Virus record (IMG/VR): IMGVR_UViG_3300022839_000006
Location: 124,001-188,000 of that record
DNA: 64,000 bases
Reading direction: 5' to 3' (one strand)
Below, piece after piece: positions 20,671 through 30,299 of the stretch. Under the pieces are notes generated by a model, which was not told the origin of the DNA, made no database searches, and saw nothing but the letters and a program-made list of their open reading frames with translations. How positions within the stretch are numbered: position 1 is the first letter of the stretch; each line of letters opens with the position of its first letter. The translations under genes were made by a program, and so were the position numbers.

Positions 20671-21103
20671 TGTATGTTCTTCCTCTTTTGGTGCCAACTG
20701 TGTACTTGCTCTCTAACGACCAATTACTTTTTTCTTTGAAGGCAATGATTTTAATTTTGTTTAACTCCGCCACGGGCGTATCAGATTGATCAGGGTACAC
20801 AATTTCTAACAGTCCCCATTCTTCAAGAAGAATGGCTGTGGTGTTTCTACGTGCAATGTCTTCTTCGTCTAGGGTATTATGCTTTCCATCAAGAATAAAC
20901 AACTCTTTGAAATGCATAATAGCGTACCGACTTGCATCTGTACTTTTGTCTTTTTTGTGTAGTATGTGACAGGACTGGTACAAGATGCGTTCTCTCCGTG
21001 ACGCAATTCCTATTCGTGTTAGTGTCTCTTTTATCTTTAGGAAATTGTCTGGGGTGATTAGCTCGATTTCTACACCGTGTCCTCTAAATAGGTTCTGATA
21101 CAT
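20654..21103 (-). CDS. regA: Translational repressor RegA
   Basis: DNFLKIKETLTRIGIAS, LYQSCHILHK, HFKELF.LDG. Confidence 0.95.
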   Translation of the reverse strand: MYQNLFRGHGVEIELITPDNFLKIKETLTRIGIASRRERILYQSCHILHKKDKSTDASRYAIMHFKELFILDGKHNTLDEEDIARRNTTAILLEEWGLLEIVYPDQSDTPVAELNKIKIIAFKEKSNWSLESKYTVGTKRGRTYNENIS

Positions 21104-21184
21104 GTTATGTTCACTCTCATTTCTTGTTATTATCTACGACGAGTTCATTGTGAATGTTCGCATGTTTATTTATCATTTTTATTT

Positions 21185-21664
21185 TTATTTTTTTGTGGGC
21201 TTCTGCTCTCCTGTTTCTGATAATGTACGTAGATCGCTGAGATTTTGCTCTGTAAGTAGTTTCAGGTATTGTTTTGCTATTTCAGGACGAACACCATACA
21301 ACTTTTGAACCATCACAATGTCATCGTTCTTTTCTAGTTTGTGCCACTTTGAAAATCTCTTTCGCTTTCTGAGCGAACCCATGTAATAGTAGAACTGTGC
21401 TGTATCTGGTATACACGAATGTATATTCATCTCATTGGCGTGCAAGACCGTATCAGGGAAAAACCCAAACCCACGATTGATGATATACGCTACATAGTCT
21501 TTTGCAACCTCAGGCTCCTGTGCAATCATGTCTTTTTTGGTTTCAGATACAGCTGTCATGAACTCGAACGGACTTTTCTTCAACGTCTTCGTAACGACTT
21601 GTTCCTCAGCACAACCTTCATATGGCTTTATCACATCACACGCGTCAATTTCTACCAAACTCAT
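21185..21664 (-). CDS. gp62: Clamp loader small subunit gp62
   Basis: Y.AYIINRG...D....ANEMN and KRKRFSKW; start uncertain. Confidence 0.9.
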   Translation of the reverse strand: MSLVEIDACDVIKPYEGCAEEQVVTKTLKKSPFEFMTAVSETKKDMIAQEPEVAKDYVAYIINRGFGFFPDTVLHANEMNIHSCIPDTAQFYYYMGSLRKRKRFSKWHKLEKNDDIVMVQKLYGVRPEIAKQYLKLLTEQNLSDLRTLSETGEQKPTKK

Positions 21665-21831
21665 AAATCCTTCCCACTGACCATTTTTTGCATCGTATCA
21701 GCACACTCTAAACACACAACAAGTACATGATCGCCGTCCGCCGTATTGATATGTAGACTGAACTTCTCTTTTTCACTGACCATCGCTGGACATAGCTTAC
21801 ACTTGACTTTCTTGGCTTTGAATATGCTCAC
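21661..21831 (-). CDS. Small putative Zn-binding protein (56 aa)
   Basis: Manual: GTG start overlapping the gp44 stop; MSIFKAKKVKCKLCPA...VCLECAD (two CxxC); stop overlaps gp62. Confidence 0.65.
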   Translation of the reverse strand: MSIFKAKKVKCKLCPAMVSEKEKFSLHINTADGDHVLVVCLECADTMQKMVSGKDL

Positions 21832-22772
21832 AAATCACACGATGCCATTATTTCTGTCAAACATGCAACCAAATTCAACTCGTGATCAGGAACGGAAGTG
21901 TGTTGAAACTGGTATTTTCCAAGAAGAACAACAAAGTCAGCCATAGAGTTAAGGGGAACAACAGTAAGTCCTGTATCAAACAACTTGCGAAAGATGTTCG
22001 CGAAATCTTGGTCAGTATTAGAAGCGACCCACTTACGCATTTCTGTGAAGTTCTTGTCTTTCAAAAACACAAACAATCCGTCAACAGACTCTTGTTTGAA
22101 GTTAACAAATATCCCCTCGTCAATTCTACCCGAAGAAGCGTATTTTTGCAATTCGTTAAGGGTCCGACGGAAATCAGGGAAATGCTTTTCAACAACTTTC
22201 GCTACTACTTTTGTGTCAAAGTCCACACCTTCCTCTTTAAGGATCGAAAGTACTCGTTTGAAGAACTGCGCGGCTATTACAGGCTTCTCAGATTTGTCGA
22301 TGGAAAATTCTACAAGAGAAAAACGTGAGTGAAGAGGCTCAATGATACGGTTTTTAAAGTTGCATGTGAAAATGAATCCACAGTTGCGGCTAAACTCTTC
22401 AGAGAACGATCGAAGTGCATATTGTGTGTTTGGAGTGAGGTAATCAGCCTCGTCAATTATCACATACTTGCGACCGCCCGCAAACGATACAGAGGACGCA
22501 AAATTTGAGATCTCATAGCGGAGAGTGTCGATGCCACCATTCAACGATCCGTTGATAATGATGTAGTCGCAGCTAAGCTCTTTGAGCATTGCGACTGCAG
22601 CAGTCGTTTTACCTGTTCCAGGCGTTCCAGAAAGTAGTAGGTTGGGGATGTTTTTATCGTCTACAAACTTTTGAAAAGACTTCGTTGTCTTTTCTGGTAG
22701 GATGATATCAGAAACTTTTTGAGGTCTGTACTTCTGGCACCACAGCATTTCAGCAGCAATTGAATCGAGCAT
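21828..22772 (-). CDS. gp44: Clamp loader large subunit gp44
   Basis: LW.QKYRP, Walker A GTPGTGKT, IIDEAD, SRF, FPDFRR. Confidence 0.95.
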   Translation of the reverse strand: MLDSIAAEMLWCQKYRPQKVSDIILPEKTTKSFQKFVDDKNIPNLLLSGTPGTGKTTAAVAMLKELSCDYIIINGSLNGGIDTLRYEISNFASSVSFAGGRKYVIIDEADYLTPNTQYALRSFSEEFSRNCGFIFTCNFKNRIIEPLHSRFSLVEFSIDKSEKPVIAAQFFKRVLSILKEEGVDFDTKVVAKVVEKHFPDFRRTLNELQKYASSGRIDEGIFVNFKQESVDGLFVFLKDKNFTEMRKWVASNTDQDFANIFRKLFDTGLTVVPLNSMADFVVLLGKYQFQHTSVPDHELNLVACLTEIMASCDL

Positions 22773-22823
22773 AATATAATACCTTTGTGTGTGTTAATCA
22801 AATAGGGTGGATGGTGATGGTCT

Positions 22824-23039
22824 TTAAAGACCATCACCATCCACTTCGTGATCCATTTCGCCATCCACTTCGGTGGCTTCAGCTGAGTGGCTCTCTATAA
22901 ACACAACAAACCTCTCGCGTACAGTTCCCACTGCAACTAACTCACTTCCTTTGAACGAGCCACGCTCTGTACAGGCATCAATGATGTTGACCACCATTCC
23001 AAGATCGTTTAGTGTCAGGCTGTTTTGTAGGTCAGTCAT
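22824..23039 (-). CDS. Small conserved T4-like phage protein
   Basis: LTLNDL...IID.C..RG.FKG.EL..VG motif; ATG at 23039 with SD. Confidence 0.6.
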   Translation of the reverse strand: MTDLQNSLTLNDLGMVVNIIDACTERGSFKGSELVAVGTVRERFVVFIESHSAEATEVDGEMDHEVDGDGL

Positions 23040-23706
23040 GTCGTTGCCCCTTTTTATATGTTGATTTTGATTCGATTGCAATGAAGTATGTAACTTTAGA
23101 TGAACAGAATTTTGATATCCCTTTTGAGGACAGTTCAACTTCATAGTCGCCTGAGAGAAGAGGTAGATTCTCCGTTTTAATAATCAGCGAAAAAGTATCA
23201 TCTGTATTGCCCAATTCGAACCCATACGAGTCAGCAGACGGGTTTGCACTGTCAATTGCTTGTAGATAACACTTGCCCTCAGCGCCCACAAACGCAATCT
23301 CAGGCAACTGAAAGACACTCGACGCCTTCAACACCTTTGATAGATCATCTGCAGAAAGTGAAACAGACACGTCAACAGATGGCAGCTTAATTTCTTTCTC
23401 TGGGGGCGAAATTATCATGGACGGATCAGCATAAACATACTTCGCCTTGCTCTTTCCTTCAACGATTGTGATAAAGCTGCTACCAAAGTCAAGATCAGGA
23501 TCTGAATATAGGCTACATACAGACAAGAAGCGTGGAAGGTTGTATATTCCTGCTGTTCGTGGAAACTCGTCAGGAACAGTGGCAATTGCCATGATAGTTT
23601 TTAGCGGACTGATCGTTTTGAGTGTGTTGCCTTCTTTAAGAAGGATGGATTGGTTGATTCCTGCAAAATTCTTTAGTACTGTCATCGTTTCACTTGATAG
23701 CTTCAT
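23032..23706 (-). CDS. gp45: Sliding clamp gp45
   Basis: MKLS.ET..VLKNFA.INQS and IY.L..FL motifs; synteny. Confidence 0.95.
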   Translation of the reverse strand: MKLSSETMTVLKNFAGINQSILLKEGNTLKTISPLKTIMAIATVPDEFPRTAGIYNLPRFLSVCSLYSDPDLDFGSSFITIVEGKSKAKYVYADPSMIISPPEKEIKLPSVDVSVSLSADDLSKVLKASSVFQLPEIAFVGAEGKCYLQAIDSANPSADSYGFELGNTDDTFSLIIKTENLPLLSGDYEVELSSKGISKFCSSKVTYFIAIESKSTYKKGQRHD

Positions 23707-23738
23707 AGTATATCCTTTGTATGTGTTGGAGTGTTATA

Positions 23739-23767
23739 ATTATAACAGATCTTGGCGTCGAAGTCAA
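23739..23767 (-). promoter_or_regulatory. Sigma70-type promoter for gp45
   Basis: TTGACT-N17-TATAAT on the minus strand, preceded by hairpin GGGACCGCT...AGCGGTCCC. Confidence 0.85.
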
Positions 23768-23917
23768 TGGGGGACCGCTCTTCAATAGCGGTCCCGTTCT
23801 ATGACAGACGCTGATTTTCCTCGATAGCTGGGGCTGTATTCCAGACACAATCTACTGATCATTTCCTCACGAGTAGTTGTCATTTGTCACGCTCCATTTT
23901 TTGTAGAAGGGCGATTG

Positions 23918-24562
23918 TTATCTGTCGACGTTTTCCATGTCGAGCTCTGCACGCATAATTGCTTGCATACGAAGAATATTAGCCATAACGTCGATGCTCG
24001 AGTCTGCTTTTACATGAATGCTTTTCCAATATTCTTCATCGTTAATTGGCGCCATGTCAAGCTTGGGAAGATTGAACTCAAACTTCGAATCTATAAACGT
24101 TGACATGTCGCGGGACTTGTGACGAGGAAGGTGTTCGCGGATCACACCTTCTTTCGTTGATTCACAGAACAGACGCCACAAGATTGCTGCATCATCCATG
24201 CTGTTCCAAGACCACCAAAGATCGATTTTACCGTACGGTGCTAGGTAATTTACGAATTCTTTCGTAAATTCGTCTACTGTAAGATCTTTAGAATGTGGCT
24301 TCAACGTCCTTTCAATAATCGCTTTGGGCTGAGATGTCCAAAACTCAACACCGTCTGACAGTGCCACACGTCCACGCGCTTTTTGGTCAGCAATGCTAAA
24401 CTTGAATCGTCTTATCTTTGAATAGGCTGATTTTGTAGTGTACGGAGTAGAGGATACCATTGTTTTTGTGTCGACTACAGCAACAGAGCAGTCCAAGACA
24501 ATACAGCTTTCAGGGTGGTAACCAAGCATTGAGAAGTCTATGAACAGAAACTTATCCTTCAT
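23918..24562 (-). CDS. dexA: DexA-like DEDDh exonuclease homolog, catalytic residues degenerate
   Basis: IDF..LG, F.....Q, W..Q, D..IL, RD..T.I pattern of DexA; ExoI reads DFS rather than DFE. Confidence 0.7.
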   Translation of the reverse strand: MKDKFLFIDFSMLGYHPESCIVLDCSVAVVDTKTMVSSTPYTTKSAYSKIRRFKFSIADQKARGRVALSDGVEFWTSQPKAIIERTLKPHSKDLTVDEFTKEFVNYLAPYGKIDLWWSWNSMDDAAILWRLFCESTKEGVIREHLPRHKSRDMSTFIDSKFEFNLPKLDMAPINDEEYWKSIHVKADSSIDVMANILRMQAIMRAELDMENVDR

Positions 24563-25085
24563 TACACGTTCCCGCTTTATACAAATTAAGTTCCATTTGC
24601 TTGGTTGTACCGTCCGTTGCACGTCCATAGTCACCGTCATACGTCTTCAATGCTTCTGCTTCAAACAACACAAATTGAGCAATTCGAGTGCCTTGTTTGA
24701 CTCTGACAGGCCCTGTTGTAACATGCAGTGCACCACCAACATTCCCACTGTATCCTGTATCATAAACACCCGACGTGATGAACACTCCATTACGATTAAA
24801 CGAGGAGCGAATTACCAGCCATCCAGCCTCACTCTCCCCGACCGAGACATCGCTACCCATTACAACATCATAAACACCAACGTCTAAGTTAAAATATCCG
24901 TCGGCATCAACCTCGACATTGGTGCGATCGCGGTGCTGTTTTTTATCGTCATCAATCTCAAAAAGCGCAGATGAAATGGCGAATACTCTGTCCAATCGTA
25001 CATCTATCGCGTTGGAGCTTACCATGTCCTTATCGACGTTGGTCGCTGTACTGTTGCTCTGTTCACTGGCGATGTGTTTCATCAT
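24552..25085 (-). CDS. Second trimeric dUTPase/dCTP-deaminase-fold protein
   Basis: NAIDVRL, IRSSFNRNG, YDTGYSG, G.RIAQ, YDGDYG. Confidence 0.8.
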   Translation of the reverse strand: MMKHIASEQSNSTATNVDKDMVSSNAIDVRLDRVFAISSALFEIDDDKKQHRDRTNVEVDADGYFNLDVGVYDVVMGSDVSVGESEAGWLVIRSSFNRNGVFITSGVYDTGYSGNVGGALHVTTGPVRVKQGTRIAQFVLFEAEALKTYDGDYGRATDGTTKQMELNLYKAGTCNEG

Positions 25086-25420
25086 GTTTCCCGACGCTCC
25101 TTGTCCGTAAAATGTGTCAGAAGGATGATGTAATGCATCGACTTGAGAAGGTCCTTCCGGTTGATACCTTCTTTACGTCCAAGTCTCATGAGATATTTGA
25201 TGGCTGTCCCTTGACACATTTCACTGGCAATGTCGAGTGATTCCCACACGTCTATTGTTTGAATCTCTTCCTTGCCGACGTAGTGTTGAGAATAAGTACT
25301 TCCGATGTACTCTCCTACGTCGCGGAGTATTTCTTGCTCACTAAACTTGTATTTAATTGGAGGCAAGTAGTGGTCGTCTGTCGTTTCTTTATGTTGGGGT
25401 TCGTCTAATTCATCTTGCAA
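25082..25420 (-). CDS. DUF3310-like protein
   Basis: TY.QHY...IQTID...G.AIKYL.R.G.K....DL.K..HY; TTG start with GGAGA SD. Confidence 0.75.
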   Translation of the reverse strand: MQDELDEPQHKETTDDHYLPPIKYKFSEQEILRDVGEYIGSTYSQHYVGKEEIQTIDVWESLDIASEMCQGTAIKYLMRLGRKEGINRKDLLKSMHYIILLTHFTDKERRET

Positions 25421-26267
25421 GGTCAGTCTCCATGTTAATAAGGTTGTCGATATAATCACAATTGGTCCTGGCAAGGTTGATCAAGGCTGAATCGGTACAT
25501 ACCATGTCAAAATCAACCTCGTGCTCATACTTGCCGTTCACTAAGCCTGAAGGACTATTGTCGAATCTGACGTTGTTCAATCCTGCCCACACAGCAGCAG
25601 AACTGTCCCACGTGTTAATATACCCAAGGTGATCTTTGACCAGAGATATTTCATTGGGACCGTCGACCATTCCAAGCATGTGAACACGCTTGTTGTTGTC
25701 CTGGATCTTTTGTACAATCCCACGATCAACGAGGGCGTTCAGAAAGTGCCATCTGGAAAGAAACCGTTGAAGTTTGTTGTCTTGCTCTACGCCATATGCA
25801 TTCGGTATAGCAAGAATGGACACGCCAATGTAATCTACGTGTTTGGAATCAGCTGCCCATGCAAAACCATCGATTAGATCTTCGATGTCACCAATATTCG
25901 ACTGTGGGACAAAGAATGTCCCAAACCCACCATCCCTGATTTCTCGGCTAGTTTCAACAGCTTTGTCGATTGTTTTTTGACCTGGCTCAGCAGGATAATC
26001 AGACATTACAATGTAATCGGCACCTACTGTTGTGCCCATCTCGACAAGCTTTGATGAAGGATACATAGGTAACCCTTGCTTGAACATCTCAAACCCGCCG
26101 TTATCAAGAATTGTGATGTTATCAGGGTTTTCAAAATTTTCGTCGCTATACCACTGTGCATAACGTTGATCTGTTTCAACAAGATGTGCCAACACAAGAT
26201 GTGTCTTTCTTCCTTTAGCAAAGTCGTCAAGGTGGGGGGTGGGCGCAATGTGACAAAAGTCTGTCAT
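25410..26267 (-). CDS. TGT-fold (DpdA-like) 7-deazaguanine transglycosylase
   Basis: ILDNGGFE (cf. TGT DSGGF), HMLG and WDSS motifs; inside the folE/queD/queE cluster. Confidence 0.7.
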   Translation of the reverse strand: MTDFCHIAPTPHLDDFAKGRKTHLVLAHLVETDQRYAQWYSDENFENPDNITILDNGGFEMFKQGLPMYPSSKLVEMGTTVGADYIVMSDYPAEPGQKTIDKAVETSREIRDGGFGTFFVPQSNIGDIEDLIDGFAWAADSKHVDYIGVSILAIPNAYGVEQDNKLQRFLSRWHFLNALVDRGIVQKIQDNNKRVHMLGMVDGPNEISLVKDHLGYINTWDSSAAVWAGLNNVRFDNSPSGLVNGKYEHEVDFDMVCTDSALINLARTNCDYIDNLINMETDLAR

Positions 26268-26290
26268 GTAGTTCTCCATACTATAAATGC

Positions 26291-26322
26291 AAAGAAGTGG
26301 AGGGCATTGGTGCCCTCCACTT
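26291..26322 (-). terminator. Intrinsic terminator-like hairpin
   Basis: 12-bp stem AAGTGGAGGGCA/TGCCCTCCACTT, 4-nt loop, short U tract on the minus strand. Confidence 0.7.
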
Positions 26323-26333
26323 ATTAGTTCTGG

Positions 26334-26714
26334 TTATTGGTAGATTGAAGTGGAGCCGTTCTCACCATCTTCAGATATTTCGATGTGAATGCCACGATCG
26401 GGATATCGCGCTGATATCTTCTCTGCAAGATCATCTGAAATCATCTCACAGCTTTTGTAGTCTAGCTGCAGGGTACCGTCACCATACAACGATTCAAGCC
26501 AACGCTTGAATTGAATAAATTCAATGTCACGGTCGTCGTGAAAGACGTCAATGGCCACTTTGATGTGAAAGATGTGACGATGTGGATAACCCAAAAAGCT
26601 GACATCATACTCGTCACCTGTAGCGAGTTCCGGATCAGTCAGGGCAGCGGGATATTTGTGAATCCCCTCTCGCTGAAACTTGACCCAAATACGGTTTGTA
26701 ATTTTATTTAGCAT
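26334..26714 (-). CDS. QueD-paralog T-fold protein (DpdL-like, putative CDG decarboxylase)
   Basis: LGYPHRHIF (LxxxHRHxF), SCEM, EDGENG; second QueD-fold gene in the cluster. Confidence 0.7.
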   Translation of the reverse strand: MLNKITNRIWVKFQREGIHKYPAALTDPELATGDEYDVSFLGYPHRHIFHIKVAIDVFHDDRDIEFIQFKRWLESLYGDGTLQLDYKSCEMISDDLAEKISARYPDRGIHIEISEDGENGSTSIYQ

Positions 26715-26734
26715 TATACGTCTCCATTATATAG

Positions 26735-26766
26735 AAAATGATGTAGGACAGAACCTACACCATTTT
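26735..26766 (-). terminator. 13-bp hairpin, terminator-like
   Basis: Minus strand AAAATGGTGTAGG-TTCTGT-CCTACATCATTTT. Confidence 0.6.
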
Positions 26767-26789
26767 GATTGTTGTTCGTCGGTTCGTCA

Positions 26790-27056
26790 TTAGTCGATTT
26801 GCGTAACAGGAACCATCGTCATTCCTCCTTTGTTATCAACTTCAACTTTTGCATAAGATCTGCCGCCGCGATTCTCAAGACCTTTATATCGTCCAGTTGT
26901 CTTCACACCCTTGGTGTTTGTAAAGGATACAGGATCGCCTTTTTTCATCTTTTGTACGCGCTTTTTGGCTTTGTCATATTCTGCATCGCGTGATGCAGGC
27001 ATGTCCTCGGAAAGCTTAGCTTTAATTGATTCTTCGATTAGTTGTTTGATTGACAT
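26790..27056 (-). CDS. Small basic late protein, possible internal head protein
   Basis: SD AGGAG; late promoter CATAAATA at 27097-27104; N-terminus MSIKQLIEE. Confidence 0.6.
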   Translation of the reverse strand: MSIKQLIEESIKAKLSEDMPASRDAEYDKAKKRVQKMKKGDPVSFTNTKGVKTTGRYKGLENRGGRSYAKVEVDNKGGMTMVPVTQID

Positions 27057-27116
27057 GTGCAATTCTCCTGTTATTGACTTGATTAGCATTGTCGTCTATT
27101 TATGTGAAAACGAAAA

Positions 27117-27347
27117 CTACACAACGCGGTTATCTGGAAATAATGCAAGCTGGGCTGCAATTCGGTCAAGTTCATTGGGCGTAGAGGCTTTGCGAATCGT
27201 CGACTGAAAGCGTTTGACGTTTTGGCTATTCTCGCCTTTAGCGACGAATTCTTTCACAGCTTTCAAGAGAATCTGTTGTTTTTCGTCTGCTGATTGTGCT
27301 GCCCATACTTTTTTTGCTACGTCGCTATAATCATTCAGAGTTTTCAT
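27117..27347 (-). CDS. Hypothetical protein
   Basis: 76-aa ORF with AAGGA SD, tightly packed. Confidence 0.6.
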   Translation of the reverse strand: MKTLNDYSDVAKKVWAAQSADEKQQILLKAVKEFVAKGENSQNVKRFQSTIRKASTPNELDRIAAQLALFPDNRVV

Positions 27348-27352
27348 TTGAT

Positions 27353-27751
27353 CTATCCTTTTATTGACGCCTTATGATACGATTTAGAGCGACGGGAGTC
27401 AACACTGGTACTCATGAATGTAGGAGGACCGTCGCAATAAATTGTCCTATCGCCTCCTCTTTTGAGATGGTCTTTTAAGATTTTTGTGTCACACCATGCC
27501 ATCTGTTGGTTTGAATTGTCAACAAAGAACATCCGATGTGTCTTGACAGACTCGATTAATTTGTCATTAAGCATGAGGTGTCCTCTTGAATTGAATGGAA
27601 CGACAGTGCCTGTATATCCATTTGACCACTTAGGGTTCTTGAATCTTATCGTGTTGTTACCTGTTCTGTTGCATTCCCATCTCCATTTGACGATTGTATA
27701 GACTGCAGTCTTTACCGCACCATCTACTTGTAGATCAACAAATTCTTCCAC
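27353..27751 (-). CDS. Hypothetical protein
   Basis: 132-aa ORF, GTG start with AAGGA SD. Confidence 0.6.
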   Translation of the reverse strand: MEEFVDLQVDGAVKTAVYTIVKWRWECNRTGNNTIRFKNPKWSNGYTGTVVPFNSRGHLMLNDKLIESVKTHRMFFVDNSNQQMAWCDTKILKDHLKRGGDRTIYCDGPPTFMSTSVDSRRSKSYHKASIKG

Positions 27752-27767
27752 AATTACGTTCCTTCGA

Positions 27768-29480
27768 TTATTTTGTATACTTCAACTTTCCACAATCATA
27801 CACTTTTAAAAACCCGTGATTTAGTGCGTTCTGGTGCTCTGTCAATTCGGGACAAAAAGTGTCAGGATACTTTGCTTGGAGTTTGGCTCTTGTCATTTGC
27901 CTCCGAGGGATTCTCCTCTTTGTAGCTCTACAGTAGTAAGTGTAATCTGGTTTTGTCTGATGGGTCAGACTCATCCCCGACTTTTGATATATGTTGTTTT
28001 CAAAATCAGTCCACAACAAATCAGCATACGTGTAGACGTTGGTAACCTTTGACATTATTTTTGACAGTCCACCTACAACAGGGAGTTTTGACGCAAATCT
28101 TGTAAGATCGTGACTGTCACCATACCGCTTAAATGTCGCAACAGAAACCAACAGACCCTCATGCTCGAGGCCTATGTTGAAAGAGTGATTGACATTCCCT
28201 TGAATGTGATGATGCTCGAGAAACTCCTTACAATCAACATCATATACTACTTTTGTCTTTCTTGCCCCTATAGATATATCTGATGGCTCCAAAAGAGACA
28301 TGATTTTTCGTCGGATTAGATCTGGACCATCTCTTAGATCATCTTCAAACAGGTGGATCAATCTTATACCATTATGTGCAGCATCTTTCTTTTTGTCTAA
28401 ATGATAATTTGTAGGTTTGAATTTCTCGGAGTGCCAATAACAACCATTTATTTCAAACCCTATGTTATAATCAGGGAGAAAGATGTCAATCTCCTTACGG
28501 TCACTCAACAATGTTCTATCATTGAATATAGGAGAATAATCAGCTAGCCATCTACCAACCATGTGCTCGTAGGATGAAGGCTGTCCAATTCCCTTTCTCA
28601 GAATGTCGAAACTATCAAGCATCTCTGCTACAATAGGGTGGCTGCATCCTAGAAATTCGCCCATTTGCTCGAGTGACATCGTTTTATAAAGTTCCTCCAA
28701 CAGAACTTTGTCGTAAAGACCTTCAATGTTTTCTCTTGGTGTTCCTTTTGTAAACACACCCAGTTTGTGTATTTGTGTGTTGATTATGTGATTCTTGACC
28801 TTATATTTTTTCGCAATCTGTGGTATCGTATATTGCTCTCTTAGTTTACGTAGAGTATCAGCACTCTGTATGTCTATATGAATCTCTACATGTGTGTTTC
28901 TTTTTGTGTCTTCTCCAGACTGTTTAATAATATCTGATGCTGTCTGAACACTACAGCCAATTTCTTTTGAACATTGTGTGACATTAGAACCGCTATGCCA
29001 TTGTTTTAATATCTGTGTTTTCACACTCTCTACATCGAACTTAAACTTGTCAAACTTTTTGTACTTTTTGGCCCACTTGGTTACAGTAGAGGGTGCATGT
29101 CCTGTAATTGCTGATATTCCAACAATTGTCTCGCACGAATCGAATAGGATAGGATCGAAGGGGATTGATTTAATCACAACAATCTTGCTAATTCTCACAA
29201 ATCTTCGAACAGAATCTACTGGAACCTCTAACCTGTCTGCAATGACTCTGCAATTGATATTTCCGCTAATATAATCATCCTGAAACTCACAGAACCTACG
29301 CGCGACAATATCATAGAACGTCTCCCTCAATACTACGCCCCAACGATCTGCAAGTTCCTGCACCGACGAAGACGATACGCCGTACGTATTTGCAATGGAA
29401 GAGAAGCTCTCTCCCGAATCGATTAGATCCTGAAAAGAGCTTCTATTAAGAACAGACGTAAGTGTTCCTCTTTTAGACAC
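27768..29480 (-). mobile_element. Hef-like (Vsr/DUF559-type) free-standing homing endonuclease with HTH repeats
   Basis: SSYE...EIDIFLPDYNIGFEINGCYWHS...GIRLIHLFEDD; multiple N-terminal HTH-like repeats; GTG start overlaps the folE stop. Confidence 0.75.
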
Positions 29481-30187
29481 TATGCGCGATTACCTGCAAA
29501 CTGCTGCTGCATTTTCACATTGTCAAAGAACTCTTGCTTGACACTTTGGTTGAAGAATTGTCCCCTAAGTTCTGTTGTTTGAGTCAAAGAGCTGTTTGCC
29601 ATCACTCCTCGTGTGGAACAACATCCGTGTGTAGCTTGGATGTAGACAGCAACATCACGCGTTTCTGTCGCCTTGCTGATCTCGTTAGCAATGTCCATCG
29701 TCAACTGCTCTTGGAGTGTTCCACGACGTGCTGCATGTTGAGCAATTCGAATGTACTTCGAGAGCCCGATCACACTTGATGATGGCAAAACTCCGATATA
29801 TGCGACACCTTGAACGTCCTTGTGGTGGTGACTACACATTGAGTGGATCTCTGCACGTACAACAATCATTCCGCTATACCGTGTATCAGGATCAGTGTTT
29901 GGGAATGAAGTTACAGGTGGAGGTGGCGTGTAGCGACCTCGCATCGTTTCGTTGATGTACATCTTTGCAAGACGCTTTGCTGTTCCCATTGAGTTTGGAT
30001 CTGTATTGCGATCGATAATTAGAGAGTCGAGTACACCTTCAAACTTAATTGCCAATTCATCGATCAGCATATCCGTTTCGCCCTCTTCAATGAATGGCGA
30101 TATGTTGTCATTTGCCCAGAAACGGCTATTACTGTCTTGTATCCGCGCACGTATTGTCTCGGAGATTGTTTTGTTTTCTTTCGTCAT
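29480..30187 (-). CDS. folE: GTP cyclohydrolase I
   Basis: SMCSHH, IGLSKY.R, R..LQE.LT, HGC...RGV; start MTKENK. Confidence 0.95.
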   Translation of the reverse strand: MTKENKTISETIRARIQDSNSRFWANDNISPFIEEGETDMLIDELAIKFEGVLDSLIIDRNTDPNSMGTAKRLAKMYINETMRGRYTPPPPVTSFPNTDPDTRYSGMIVVRAEIHSMCSHHHKDVQGVAYIGVLPSSSVIGLSKYIRIAQHAARRGTLQEQLTMDIANEISKATETRDVAVYIQATHGCCSTRGVMANSSLTQTTELRGQFFNQSVKQEFFDNVKMQQQFAGNRA

Positions 30188-30285
30188 GTTTGTAGTGCCT
30201 TTCAGATTGTGTTTTATGTCAGTGGAAAGGAGCGAGGACTGACACACTCGGCCAACAGAAAACCTTACGGTGCAACCTGTTGGAA
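30188..30285 (-). promoter_or_regulatory. Candidate riboswitch (SD-occluding pseudoknot) in the folE leader
   Basis: Hairpin CCAACAG/CUGUUGG, then stem UGUCAGU/ACUGACA whose loop CCUUUC is complementary to the SD GAAAGG. Confidence 0.5.
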
Positions 30286-30299
30286 AGTCTTGTTGCTTT

